A stretch of DNA of 64,000 nt from Carcharhinus longimanus (taxonomy: Eukaryota): positions 19,371,723 to 19,435,722 of the forward strand of contig JASCQW010000137.1 in NCBI GenBank assembly GCA_030264375.1, given 5' to 3'. The translations under genes were made by a program, and so were the position numbers. The notes below the pieces were generated by a model. The model was not told the origin of the DNA, did not search any database, and was given only the letters and a program-made list of their open reading frames with translations. Shown here piece by piece: positions 37,401 through 49,504 of the stretch (within the stretch, counting starts at the first letter, position 1; each line of letters opens with the position of its first letter).

Positions 37401-39097
37401 AGAGAATGAAGCTTTATTCCTGCCGCCATCTGATCTGACAGAAGCCGGGTGCAACCGACCTTTCCCCAGAACCAAGCTGTTGCTACTTAGATTTCTGTTC
37501 ACTGAAACCTCACCCACCCCCATCCCATTCCCTCTTTTCCAATAAACCGATCGGGGAAATCCAGCCTCCACCCTCTGTATCCCTGAAGCTGCCTTCAAGG
37601 AAGAGGCTTCGTTAAAACAGCTCACTCCAATGTTATATTGGAGTAATCTGGGGTTGGCTGCTGGAGATAATGAACTACATTAAAGAATCCGGATCTGGGA
37701 TGCAACAATGGAAGTGTTGTCCCGAGATTAATCTTTGAGAAGTCAGACCTAAAATCGGCCGATTTATTTGAAGAATGTTATATTTGCATCCACGTGGGTT
37801 ATCGTCAGATATCACAGCGGCTCCCAACCCAACATCTTGTGAACTGAGGTCAGGCGACGCAGCTGCAACCCTACAGCTGCTCATGTGTGCAGAGAAAGTC
37901 TATTCTCGGCGTGTTTCACTCTGACTGGTATCCATAGGGGCTTGCAGGGGGGACGGGGCGAAGTTTGAGTTCAGTGCAATGTTACCGAGATGTCGCCTTG
38001 AACTGCAAATCCAACATGAGGTGTGTATTGTGTTGGGTATTTGCATTGGACCCAGTGAGGGATGGACAGGATGCTATTTGCTCCGGTGAGAATGCTGGTT
38101 CGACAGTCTGCCTGGTTCAATGCTGGTTGAACCTTCTCCTCGAAGCTGTAATTCAGAGACCTGAGATTCCCTTTTAATCCATTCTCAAAGATAGGAAACT
38201 GGATTCACTTTAGAAACCCAAATGCACCTGTAAATCCGTTCCCAATGTCCATAACGTTAAACCATGATGTGGAGATGCCGGCGTTGGACTGGGTGGGCAC
38301 AGTAAGAAGTCTCTGGTGTTGTGAGACTTCTTAACATAAGGTTACGTTATAGGTCAATAATTCTAAGTCTATTGACAGGATTACAACACTTGAGAAATAT
38401 AACTGCATTTCCATCGACCAACCTAGGAACTGTCCCCAATTTATCGTTGTTGGAGAGAATAGCTACAGTTTCACAAACAGACTGTAAAATAGCCGTATTC
38501 CCAAAGGGACAACTGCAATAAGGGTTGGGACTACCTTTAGGGTTCTGAATTAGCCACATCGGTTTAGGTTTTCGAATAATACTTCATAAAAGATACCGTC
38601 ATATCAAAGGGGACAGAAAGAAACTTAAATGAGGATGTGAAATGGAGGCACCAGTTGCTGTGCAGATGGTGTTGGGGAGGTCCCAAGAACTGCAGCGTTT
38701 CCGGTTTAACTCACGATGCAAGGAGATTTTAACCGAAAGCGCACGCAGGCTGGAGTCAGTGCCAGGGCTGCCTCGGAGTGTGCTGGGGTGCGGGACACTG
38801 TCACATTCTAAACCAGCAGGGACTTGCAGTTTTGCAAACGATCCTTTGTTAGTATCTCCACATTTAGAACAAAAATGTTGAGGTTTGTGCAGAATGCAAA
38901 TAAGCATTAAGCCCTGCTCGGTCAACAGCCCAGCTGAGGAGCTTGGAAATGTTTCTCAGTGATAGAGAATCCGTGACACTGGATCAAAATGGCGGATATT
39001 GAAAGTTAAATATAATCAAATCCTTCGGTGCTGACATTAGACATAACTGGTGTCCCGATGCTTAGGTCAAGATTTGACATACATTGAACTTGTTCTG

Positions 39098-39425
39098 TTT
39101 TTTAACTCACTCGTGGGATGTGAGAATCGCTGGTAAGACCAGCATTTATTGCCCATCCCTAATTGCCCTTCAGAAGGTGGTGGTGAGCTGCCTTCTTGCA
39201 CCGCTGCAATCCATGTGGTGTACATAGACTCACAGTGCCGTTGACCCACCCACCATGAAGAAATGGCGAAATATTTCCTGTCGTGCGCCTTGAAGGAGAA
39301 TTTGCAGGTGGTGGCGTTCTTGCTGCCCTTGACGTTCCAAGTGGGAGAGCTCAGGGTTTGGGAGGTCTTGTGGAGGAAGCTTTGTCAAGAAGACTCCTTG
39401 TGTACAAGTGAATTTGAGCAAGCTC
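39098..39425 (-). mobile_element. LINE 3' fragment (same family as 25254-26290)
   Basis: + strand GTGGGATGTGAG...CAGCATTTATTGCCCATCCCTAATTGCCCTT...GGTGGTGGTGAGCTGCCTTCTTG. Confidence 0.8.
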
Positions 39426-40899
39426 GCCTCCTTCTGCAGATGTTAATATAAATAAAGTGTCTCCCTTAACATCAGAGTCTTAACACTGGAAAGGACAGGC
39501 AGTAGAAGATTGAAATTCACTGCACAAGAAACTCAGCTCTCCCCATGTTCACGTCAAAATGTTTTTAAAAAGTAACTGTCAGACAATACTGCCAATTATA
39601 GCCCAAAGTTCACAGAGGAAATCGTGTCTGCGCCCAGGCACATTTTAACAATCGCGTCTATCGCTAATCTTTTAATTAAAACAAATGCATCCAGAAGCCA
39701 TTTGTTGAAGAAAATTAGCATACTACCTCTGCTTAATTGCCCAATGTGTTGTGCATCATGTATTATTTTTACGATCAGAACTGGACACGTATTGATTAGT
39801 AATCAATATCTTTTAAATCCTAATCATGGACTTTATTCCCCATGATGTGCCAGTGATGCACATTACATGGTAAATGCGAATGATCCCTTTTTTCCCTCTG
39901 ATTTACACTTTTCATTTTTATTGTGCCACTAGGGTCCTTTAGCTATTTAATAATGTTGACAAATGTCAAGTATACATATTTTCAACAACCGTATTAATCA
40001 AGCGTACAGATGATGATTTACAATGAGCGCGTCGAGAGAACAAGGGGAAAAAAGACTCAGATATCAACAACTGTCTGCCAGGAAATGATTGTTGATTGCA
40101 AATGGAGAAGAGTTTCGTTGTTAAGGTCAAACCGCTCAACCACAGCGAGGGGCAGGTGGCTCACTGTCTGATCTGTGTTAGTAAAATTAACGTGAACTCT
40201 GAGGACTGGGGTCGAAAATGAAGGAAACTGCTGATCAAGGTGGCACGCGGTCTGAAAGGGCAGAAGGCTGAATTTGAGGGTTAAGATCTATAACCTTCAG
40301 CATTTACAGAAGAATTTGCTACACTATTGATTAGTTGCAAAATGGCCATGAACTAAGCAACAGACATGGCTATTGGTAGGTTGCTATAGCACCTATCTCC
40401 CATTGATTTATTGAAAACCTCTGTTTTGTCGATTTCAATGCTAATAACACGACAGCAGTTGACTTGAACAAAAGAATACCGCCTCGCAAACTAAATGCAT
40501 GAGAATCGGTATTTCCAATCACCTTGGCAAACTATATTGTTAGGCAATTGAACGATGGACTTCTGAGCAAAACCGATTCCTGCGGCAAAGGCGTTCACCA
40601 TGAAGTCCTGTTTCATTTATTCGGTGGGGATCGCAACAATTCGTCAGCTTGTGATTTTCCTTGTAGTCCTACCTGCAGTAGGATGGTTGCATAGCTGACC
40701 TCAGGGAGGACAGTTTTGACCGGTGCTCTACCGAGAACTCAGCTGAAGATTAGTCACTCAAATCACAAAATAAACTCAAGTCATTTGGATTAAAAGTCAG
40801 CAGTTGTCCCCGAGTGTTCTTAGCCACTGCGATACTACGTCCTTTCCGCCCCCTCAAGTCTCTTTTGCAGATGTCGGGTGGATGAATATCGATGTACAG

Positions 40900-41049
40900 T
40901 CAAAAAGTCCGAAAAACGTGCTACCTAGGTGCATTGTCTATGCTAAATACTCCCTTAGTGTACCCCGACAGGCGCCGGAGTGTGGCGACTAGGGGATTTT
41001 CGCAATAGCTTCATTGCAGTGCTAATGTAAGCCTACTTGTGACACTAAT
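40900..41049 (+). mobile_element. 3' half of V-SINE with L2-type tail
   Basis: CAGGCGCCGGAGTGTGGCGACTAGGGGATTTT...TTCATTGCAGTG...AAGCCTACTTGTGAC; homologous to 19.8 kb and 31.65-31.71 kb. Confidence 0.8.
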
Positions 41050-44000
41050 TTCAAAAAAGGTTAAAGGAGTCAACAATGCATCAAACTTAATTGCCAAGAA
41101 TCGGTTTCGAAGTTCTTCCAAAACCAGACAACAATAGAACCCATATGCACCCCCAAGAATTCTAACACATGCAACCATTAGCATGCAATCAAAAGATCAT
41201 CGTTGGAACTTTAATGCATTTGGTGTCCAAAGCTGTTAAAAGTAGTGGAGGGATTATCACCAATTACATCTGGATGCAACCATTACACTAGTTGCTCACC
41301 CCTTAATCGCGCATTCACTCAGGACAGGCAAAGAAATTGGGCTAATTTACGAAAAGGCAAAGATTTCCTTCGGGCAGTGGATCACTATAGCCACAGTGAC
41401 CTCCTCTCACCAGATCTAGCTCGCACACCTTATAGAACTGATAGGATCTCGTACAGTATGTTGTTGGGNNNNNNNTCTTTTGCTCGAATGAAATATGAAT
41501 ATTAGCGCTCTTGTTAGACTTGTGTCACACACAGAACCTGGAACGAAAGTATTGTCCAGTCCTTTATGCGAAAACATTGGAATTTAGCTGGCTGGATAAA
41601 TCAGAGAGTGGCAGGTCAACTGAGCGGGGGGGTGGGGGGGGGGCGAATACTGTATCTGTTGCAACTAAAAGCCGCATTACGAACATTCAAAATACACTGA
41701 ATGCTTTGCCTTTTCTGAATTTATCAGGTTACCTCCTTGACAAGCTCTAGGTCCAATTTGCATATGCTAACGTACAAGACATGTACGGCACATACCGCTA
41801 ATGATCAAATGAAATACAAGTGCTCAGAAAATGGCGGTTTCTATCTTGGCTGTTTTGCTGTCTTCTCTGTTAGTTTCCTAATGGAGGAGCTGTCTGGAGT
41901 GGTGGTGAAAAAATAAGATGTCGAGAGATCACATTTTGATCTGGACACTGATGTACTTGAGATTGTGTATGACAGAGTTGCTCAAACATATAAAATGCAT
42001 CAAAATGAAAGATTCACTCGAGATTTCACGTGTCTCGTTCACTTGATTTTAAATGGGATAAATGCTGATTTGTCCCACTGTGGATATAAGGGCTGTTCTG
42101 TGGATCTGGAAAGATCTTGAAATTAACCCCTTACGACTCGCTTTCCATAAACTTTCTTGTTCATAAAAGGTCGAATGAATCGAGCAATTGGAACAGCACA
42201 TTCGGTCTCGTGTTTCTAGCCATCTTGAAAAGCTGCATGCATCATCAGAACTGGTAACATGACCCATATTTGTCGGATGGTGACACACTGATTGCTCAGG
42301 TCAGCAATTGCTACTGGAACCTTATTTTTAACAGGAATTCTTCGAAGCCGAATAGCTTATTAAATAGTTCGCAGAAAACTGCTATAGATTGGTGGTTCTG
42401 TGTAATGTCGGATTCAGGACTCTCCGTTATAAACTGGGTATGAAAAACATTGGTTAAATAATAGTTTTAAGAACGTATTGACCACAAAAACATACATTCC
42501 AATCAAAGATTATCAGATATTTTCGGTCAATAAGTTCTTTTTGACGTGTTTTCAAATCAGCTTGAACAAACGTTGGATTCTAATATTTGGTGTTTTACAC
42601 GTCCCCTTTACTCGGCGCCCTACATGTAGTCTCTTTTCCTCATGATTACACATTATCAAATAGTACAGCCATTGAATCCAAAGACCTATTCTCATTAAGT
42701 TCGGGTAATTTGAACGATAGTTTATGAATGGGTTTTCACATGGAACCAATGGAACCACTAAATAGTCATATTTAGATGTTTTGCAATTGGCTTGACGTCT
42801 GGACTCCTTCCTGAGAAAGAGAAACCCTTCCCCATGAACTCGTTCCCCTCTTTCATTATTTGACCCATTGCTATTACCTGCAAGAAAACATGGTAGTCAG
42901 GTTATCTTTTGACATCGAAGTGAGATTATTTTTTTCACTTCCCCCGTCGCCGTAATTTTGGAATTGGTGTTTGCTGACTGGTTGATCCATTAACTAACTA
43001 AACAAATAGCAAGCTCAATATGACTCATTCCAACAAACAGTTGTAGCAATTTGTCCCATGTACCTGAAAAAAAATCAGCCAGATTCTCATTGGTTTGGGC
43101 AAGGCATCATGAGTATTGCCCATTACTGCTTCCATCGGGTGTATTAACCGTTATCTAAAACAGCATTTTTGGAATAACATTGGACAGCTGGCGAACAAAA
43201 TTCCGACCAACCTTTGAACTTGAGTACGTATGCACGTGAACCTTCACAATGGAAGGAAGATAATGAAGTTTCCGATACTCCACAGAAAAATTCATTACAG
43301 AAATTGCTATTTAAAACAAAACGTTCTATGTTGGCCATTATCCACGCTCTGAAGATTAGCTGAGAACATCGGAGATCCAATCACACCATGTAACATCGAT
43401 CCAAGACCTTCAGAGAAAATGCTCACAATTGATGTTTTCACTACACAGTAGTAGCCATCCGTCATTACATAGTGTTAAAATAGCAAAATCGACTGAAATA
43501 TGGAGTATAATAGTATTTGATGCATTATTATTTTATGGTAGACTGTAAGATGGTCAATATTGTAAACCTTCTGTTGGTCATTGATGAGTTGAATTCTGTG
43601 AAAATCTGATATATTTCATGATAACGACCACCTCAAAGCACAGATATTTTGTAATATAGTTACTGTATATGGATCCAGATACCATATAGCTTCAAATTAA
43701 CTTAATCCTCACATATGACAAAAGATTAATCCATAGTCACCAGTTGCAACTTGAAGCAATGCAATTCTTTGCACTAAAGTAGGAGGAATTTCAATGTTGA
43801 TATCTAAAAGCTTGACATTCTACAAGAGCTATCATCTCATGAAGCACTATGATGAATTTGTCTGAACTTCAAGTTGCCTTCCAGGAATACAACATTCATT
43901 TGTTTGTCCTCTGACATCCTTGTACAATGTTACAAATTGGACAAGTGAACAATAGTGCATCAGCCAGAATAAATAACATGGAATTTAATGGTATTTGGAT

Positions 44001-44375
44001 CCTTAAACATTCCTGAGGAAACGCACACACCCCATGCCAAGGCTGTTGCACCTCAGGGCATTGATAATGCAGATGGAAAATTATACCATCTGTTTTATCG
44101 TAATGACTGAAACTGGGCAACTGTTTAATTTCCACACTGCAAAGCTCTCTTTAATGGTTCAAGTTCCCCATGTACAGTGGCAATGATTGTATTGTCACAT
44201 TAAGATAACGCAAATGAAGCATTTAGTTGTTCCTTCCATGCAAATGGAAAATATTGCTTAGAATGTGATTTACAATGCTAACAAAATGCCATTAGTTGGT
44301 GAACAATGTGTTGAATTGATGCTCAAACATGCAGGGTGGAGTAACATGCTGCTCAATTACTTGACCCAGCAGGTT

Positions 44376-45469
44376 TTCTTAGAGAATGAGTTTGGATCCA
44401 TACAGAAAAAAAAAATTGTGTTTCATTGTAGAATTATCAGCATCCACTGTAGAAATTGTGGATGCTGGTATTTTCCAGTTGGTCTATCTGCGTAATGATG
44501 GCAACACTTTGCTCTGCAATGTTGAGCCAGATGTCATTATCTTCACTATTGGCATTATGATTTCACCAGTTTGAGGGCATCACTTTGAGAGTGACACATA
44601 GATGTGGGAATTAATCTGGGAATTCATAACAAGGAACTTGGAATTCATAATTTTTATGTCAACATGTAGTGATTTACAAGAAATGATGTCCTAAAGTGTA
44701 GGAATGAATAAAACGAGGTCAAAAACGTACTTGTGTCAGAAATTTTATACTAATCCCAGAACTCTTTTAAAATGTGGGCAAATCGTTTGTGCAAAGCTAA
44801 TCATTGAGATTTAAAGAAAGCTGGCCACTGTCACTTCTCTGGAAAAACATTAACACGTCTTCTAGTAGAATCATATTGGTATCTTTTTTAACCTACTGCT
44901 TGATCAGTTCAGAGGTCAATAAATACAGAGAAGGAATCTTCAATTGCAAATCCAAGAAACATTATATTACCCCCACAGGTCAAAATTCTGGTTAATTATA
45001 GAAACACTAACCTTTAGTTTGTTGAAATAAATCAAATTAACTAAATAGTTATTTAAAGAAGAATTTCTTTGCTTCTCAAAATGTCCAATAATACATATTG
45101 TAATTCAATGGTATGGTGCAATGATACTGAAGCCAATATGGGGATGTTGAACTAAGATATACCATTGTCTTAGCAAAATTATGTAATACTAAGAATGTAA
45201 TCAAGATATCCAGTACGACTAACACAATAAGGTCCTAGTCATGAATTCCCAGATTAATTTCCACATCAATGTATCAATCTCAAAGTGATGCCAATAGTGA
45301 AGATAATGGCATCTGGCTGAACATTGCAGAGCAATGTGTTGTCACCATTATGCAGATAGACCAACTGTAAAATAACAGCATCCACAATTTCTACAGTGGA
45401 TGCTGATAATTCTACAATGAAACACAATGTTTTTTTTTTCTGTATGGATCCAAACTCACTCTCTAAGAA
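44376..45469. repeat. Long inverted repeat (arms about 44376-44640 and 45228-45469)
   Basis: Arms are reverse complements at high identity (TTCTTAGAGAATGAGTTTGGATCCATACAG... vs ...CTGTATGGATCCAAACTCACTCTCTAAGAA). The left arm has about 25 extra bp. Confidence 0.92.
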
Positions 45470-47999
45470 TGACAAAGATATGTATTGCCTAGGTTAATGA
45501 CCAAACCTTGTAATTCTGTTAGCTAATGAAGTTGAAAAGTCTAGTTAAAATAAAGTCCCAATAGAAATATTCCTTTCTTTTCATTATTGAGTTGAGTTGG
45601 CACATGTTTCCAATTGGATATTCTATCTTTACTTCCCTGGGGAGTAGCCATTTTTGTTGCATTACCAAAGAATGTCAAGTTTTCAAGAATTAAATCACCT
45701 ATTTTGTTTATAGGTCATTTAATTAGTACCTCAATTATTATTTGGCATAAGTTAAGCAACTGACATGCTCTGGACATTCTATTTAATGCCTTTCTTAGTA
45801 GATAATCTGAGAGTTAATAGATTTTAAAAAGAGGAACCTGAAGATTGATGGAAAGCTAATCATAGAAAGGCATAGAAATATGGGTATCAAGTTAGAAGAA
45901 CTGCAATACCTCACATGGATTATGGCATTGTCTGTTGATCAGAAATCACCAAATACAATCTGGATCCATGTTATCTTCACACCATGAACCATGTATGAGT
46001 TGTGCATTATTAAGATGAAATGATTTTCAATTCAACATATTTAGGTTTAAGAACATTGCTGAAATGGCTTACACCAAATGTTATGTTTCCACATTCAACT
46101 CTACTGACACTGTTCTTTGAGATTACCCTTCAGACTTAATATCCAAACATCCAACATGGCCAAAATAAAAGTTTTGAATCCTATCCCTGTGTATAAACAA
46201 AATGAATCTGAATGGAATAACCATTAAAACAGTCCACTCATCTTAACATATGTACATCAATGTTAGAAATGGTAATATTTTTGTTCCTTAATTTCTAATG
46301 CAAAGATATGTATACCTAAAACTAAGTTGTTATTTTAAGGGTAGTGGAGCCAAAATGCTGGATCATTACTACAAGTAATTTAAGTTGACAACATATGGTT
46401 CATATTTACACCAGAGCAAGTACTTATGTAATTGTCATGAGATAAGGAAGAATACCTGATTTGGAATGAGTCTACATTTATTTATGAGTTATATGGTTAT
46501 AATATCCCTGGCAAGTTTGAATATTGCATTATGAAAGCAGCAAACTTAAATTACACAGAGGTTATACAGTTTACTAGTCCTCTTCTTTGTGTCAGGTGGA
46601 TTACTGCAAAATATATTTCAATAAGATGTAAACATACATTAGTGTCAACTAATTTACTGACTTAAATACAAACAAACGCTACCAGTAATAAAAACAAATA
46701 ATTTAAAAAACCTTTTGTATTCCTGGGCCTCTGCACTATTCTGGCACTAACAGTTGTTGACCATTCATGGTATTTTGCTTGGAGTGCGTATTATATGCGT
46801 GTTCAGCACTTTATTCTGTGTTTCTTTATTTGTATGCAAACTCAATCTTTTGGTTGCAAACCTTTTCGGTTGATGACTCCATGTTTTCCCTGCGGCTCAA
46901 TAGTAACACACCACAAGAAGACAAGCTATTATTATAGTAACGCGTAGGTGCGTTGACTGAGTTTATCTGAATAATCAGAATACCAATAATATCAGAGTAT
47001 CCCGTGTCAATGAGAGGGTTTGCAGACAAGAACATGACATTCTTTAGATGATTACAATAAAATTCACAAGGTGCAAATTTCTCTTGGCCAGTTAGCCTTT
47101 CCCATCATCACATAAGGTTTTATTTTCCAAGTCGCCCATACGAGTGAAATGTCTTATTCGGTTTAGAAGTGGGCACCAAAGTAGATGGTTATTCCATGTA
47201 TCTGTTCTCTACTAAATGCGCGTACATATCGCGATTAAGTGCCGCAATCAATGGAAAGGATGTATAATCATTAAAGCATACTGCGTTTTCAGCGAGTTAT
47301 ACATTTGTTCCGTGGCCAATATCCTAATATGGGCATTCTGTGTCAGCAGCATTTTGAGTGTTGATAAATACGAGTCGAGAGCAACGGGGAGGGGGGATGG
47401 GATAAGCTGCGTTTTTTTTCAGCGACTAGGTTGCCTCTCCCAAGCGGCTTGTCTGAAATGCTTCCATTTCGAATTTGTGCCAATGGGTTCCTTTCACGTT
47501 AGCTTTGCAGTTTTGAAAATCGACGCCTAGAGGTGTGGACATCTTGGAAGTTGCGTTAAAATCAGAACGAGTTGCCTTCAGTCAACCTTTCGAACTTAAT
47601 GCCCATACAAGGTCTCTGTTTACCTTTTATTGTAACTAATTGTACAGCGGTTGTGCAAATCGATGCACATTGATTGACGTTACTCAGATTTACTTCTGTC
47701 AGACGAAAGACAAGCCGGCGGACAGGAGAGTAAAAGTTATTCCCCGGTATTGTGTCCTGTAGGCTTGCCTGATTGAATACTGAACGCTGCCAGAGCTTGA
47801 AATTGGGCAATGCCCTACCAGAAGGAGCCATGGTCGCTCTTCGAATGGGGGAAGAGTATTGTGCGCTGTTTTCAAAGGTTCTCTCATGTAACACTTCACC
47901 ATGGTGGAGGGCACTGAGTGACAAGCCAGTGAGACAAATGAACAGTGACTAACAGGATACCACGGTGCTACAATCATCAATATTGCCATGGCCGTGCAT

Positions 48000-48851
48000 C
48001 ATATCTGCTCAATGTGAGGGGGAAGGGAGGGGGAGATCCAGCTGACTCACGGCACTGTCACACTTTGCAAAACGCACGGACAATAACAGGGCGATTGGAG
48101 CAAGGCTGCTTCTCTGGCAGGGGGGTAAAAAAATGAAATAAAATAGTGACGCGCTTTGATGCATGTCAGAAACGAAGCAGCTTTCTCAAAGAACGCAAGA
48201 CATTGCTAGCCCGATGCATAGCCAATTAGAAGAGGACACGAAAGAGATTTGCACATCGCGGTGAAACAAAACTGTGAGGCTGGGGAATGACATTGTTTAG
48301 ATGCGAAGGAAGAGTCAGTATGAGCGCACAGAGAGGGAGGGAGGGGGAGCGCGCCTTTCTGCTGTTCCATTTCATGCCGTCCTTTCTTAATTTGGAAAAA
48401 TAGAATTTATCTTTCTGCCATTACCATACAAGGCTGCTTCTTGCCCGTATTTGGTGCTGTAGTTAGATTCTCCGACCTCAGGCGGGGCTGAATTGATTGA
48501 CAGCTCCGGCTCCTGACGCCACAGCGTTGTGTTGCTGCGTTCCTGCGTTGCCGGCTCTGCAGCAGAGAGAGAGAGAGAGTGAGAGAGCGAGAGGGAGAGC
48601 TGTGACCACCGAGTCTAGATCCAAAGGGGGCGGGGGGAACGGAAAAGNNNNNNNNNNNNNNNNNNNNNNNNNNNNNNNNNNNNNNNNNNNNNNNNNNNNN
48701 NNNNNNNNNNNNNNNNNNNNNNNNNNNNNNNNNNNNNNNNNNNNNNNNNNNNNNNNNNNNNNNNNNNNNNNNNNNNNNNGGGGGGGCTGTTTGAAGCGAT
48801 CTGCAGTTAAGCAGAAGGTCAAGCGGCGTCCGAGCAGCTCCTCGCATCGTT
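48000..48851 (+). promoter_or_regulatory. CBX4 promoter / 5' UTR, CpG-rich
   Basis: ATTGG 48093-48097, CCAAT 48222-48226, GC-box-like GGCGGGG 48481-48487, (GA)n about 48564-48599, and high CpG density up to the ATG. The TSS cannot be determined. Confidence 0.6.
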
Positions 48852-48920
48852 ATGGAGTTGCCAGCGGCGGGGGAGCACGTCTTTGCCGTGGAGAGCATCG
48901 AAAAGAAACGGATCAGGAAG
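48852..48920 (+). CDS. CBX4: Chromobox 4, coding exon 1 (chromodomain start)
   Basis: MELPAAGEHVFAVESIEKKRIRK, then donor GTAATG at 48921. Confidence 0.97.
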
Positions 48921-49018
48921 GTAATGTGAGCAGCTCCGGCTCACCTCGCCACGTTATTGACCGGCAATAGTGCTGTCTGTGCCTCTCACTGACGAACGCT
49001 GTCTTTATTTCTCCACAG

Positions 49019-49062
49019 GGGCGGGTCGAGTACCTGGTGAAATGGAGGGGATGGTCTCCGAA
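49019..49062 (+). CDS. CBX4: Chromobox 4, coding exon 2
   Basis: Acceptor TTTCTCCACAG; GRVEYLVKWRGWSP(K); donor GTGAGT; 44 nt. Confidence 0.97.
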
Positions 49063-49438
49063 GTGAGTCCCGTTTCTGTATGTTATTTATGTGTGTTGGA
49101 GATGAACTACAGTATGTGTGAGTGTGTGTGTACAGAGTGGAAGTCTTGCGGGACCCAGTCCGTGTCCCTTCCCTGACAAAATGCCACCAGTGAATTGGCA
49201 GTGGATAACCAATGTAACACACACACAAAATAAAATGGCCAATGGGAGTCCTGGAATGTCTTGTGGACTGTGAAAGATATGATAGTGTGTGAATGGAGTG
49301 AAAATGGCCTCCCTTTGCACACTGCTTGAATGGCAGCACTTTTAGTTCGTTTTAATTTTCCGCTTGTGTGTGTCTCTGTGTGTGTGTGTGTGTTTTGAGA
49401 GGTCTTAAAGTGAACTGCTGATGTATCCTTCTCCGCAG

Positions 49439-49504
49439 ATACAACACGTGGGAGCCAGAGGAGAACATCCTGGACCCCCGGTTGCTCCTGGCTTTCCAGC
49501 ACAG
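49439..49504 (+). CDS. CBX4: Chromobox 4, coding exon 3
   Basis: Acceptor CCTTCTCCGCAG; (K)YNTWEPEENILDPRLLLAFQH(R); donor GTAAAT; 66 nt. Confidence 0.97.

Larger units (their letters stand above)
37600..47950 (-). pseudogene. Decayed TTC28-like TPR + tandem CHAT (caspase-like) domain gene
   Basis: Ordered minus-strand fragments: TPR-like GRALPNFKLWQRS (in 47562-47924), EMEAFQTSRLGEAT*SLKK (47414-47470), LSNIFHLHG and NSLGMG...SKYH (about 44.0-44.27 kb); NLADFFSGTWDKLLQLFVGMSHIELAICLVS (42990-43085); IAKHLNMTI / WLYYLI; PQ...FIPF; KEIFAFS*ISPISLPVLSEC (41311-41370); W.NAFAAGIG (40572-40600); SIIRKPK...LGTVPRLVDGNA...RIIDL*RYGHWE (38240-38583); MLDLQFK (37997-38017); YLQQ.TPDYSNI.HWS (37624-37672). 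Many stops, frameshifts and TE insertions. Confidence 0.55.

Noticed and set aside
37600-47950. Reading the TPR-CHAT remnant as a bacterial CRISPR-associated (Csx29-like) system or contamination
   Set aside because: It is embedded in vertebrate synteny with shark TEs and apparent introns, its closest recalled resemblance is animal TTC28, and there is no cas gene or array.
48407-48970. ORFs across the CBX4 5' region as uORF or antisense protein
   Set aside because: They span an N gap and a (GA)n run, and GC-rich DNA lacks stop codons.
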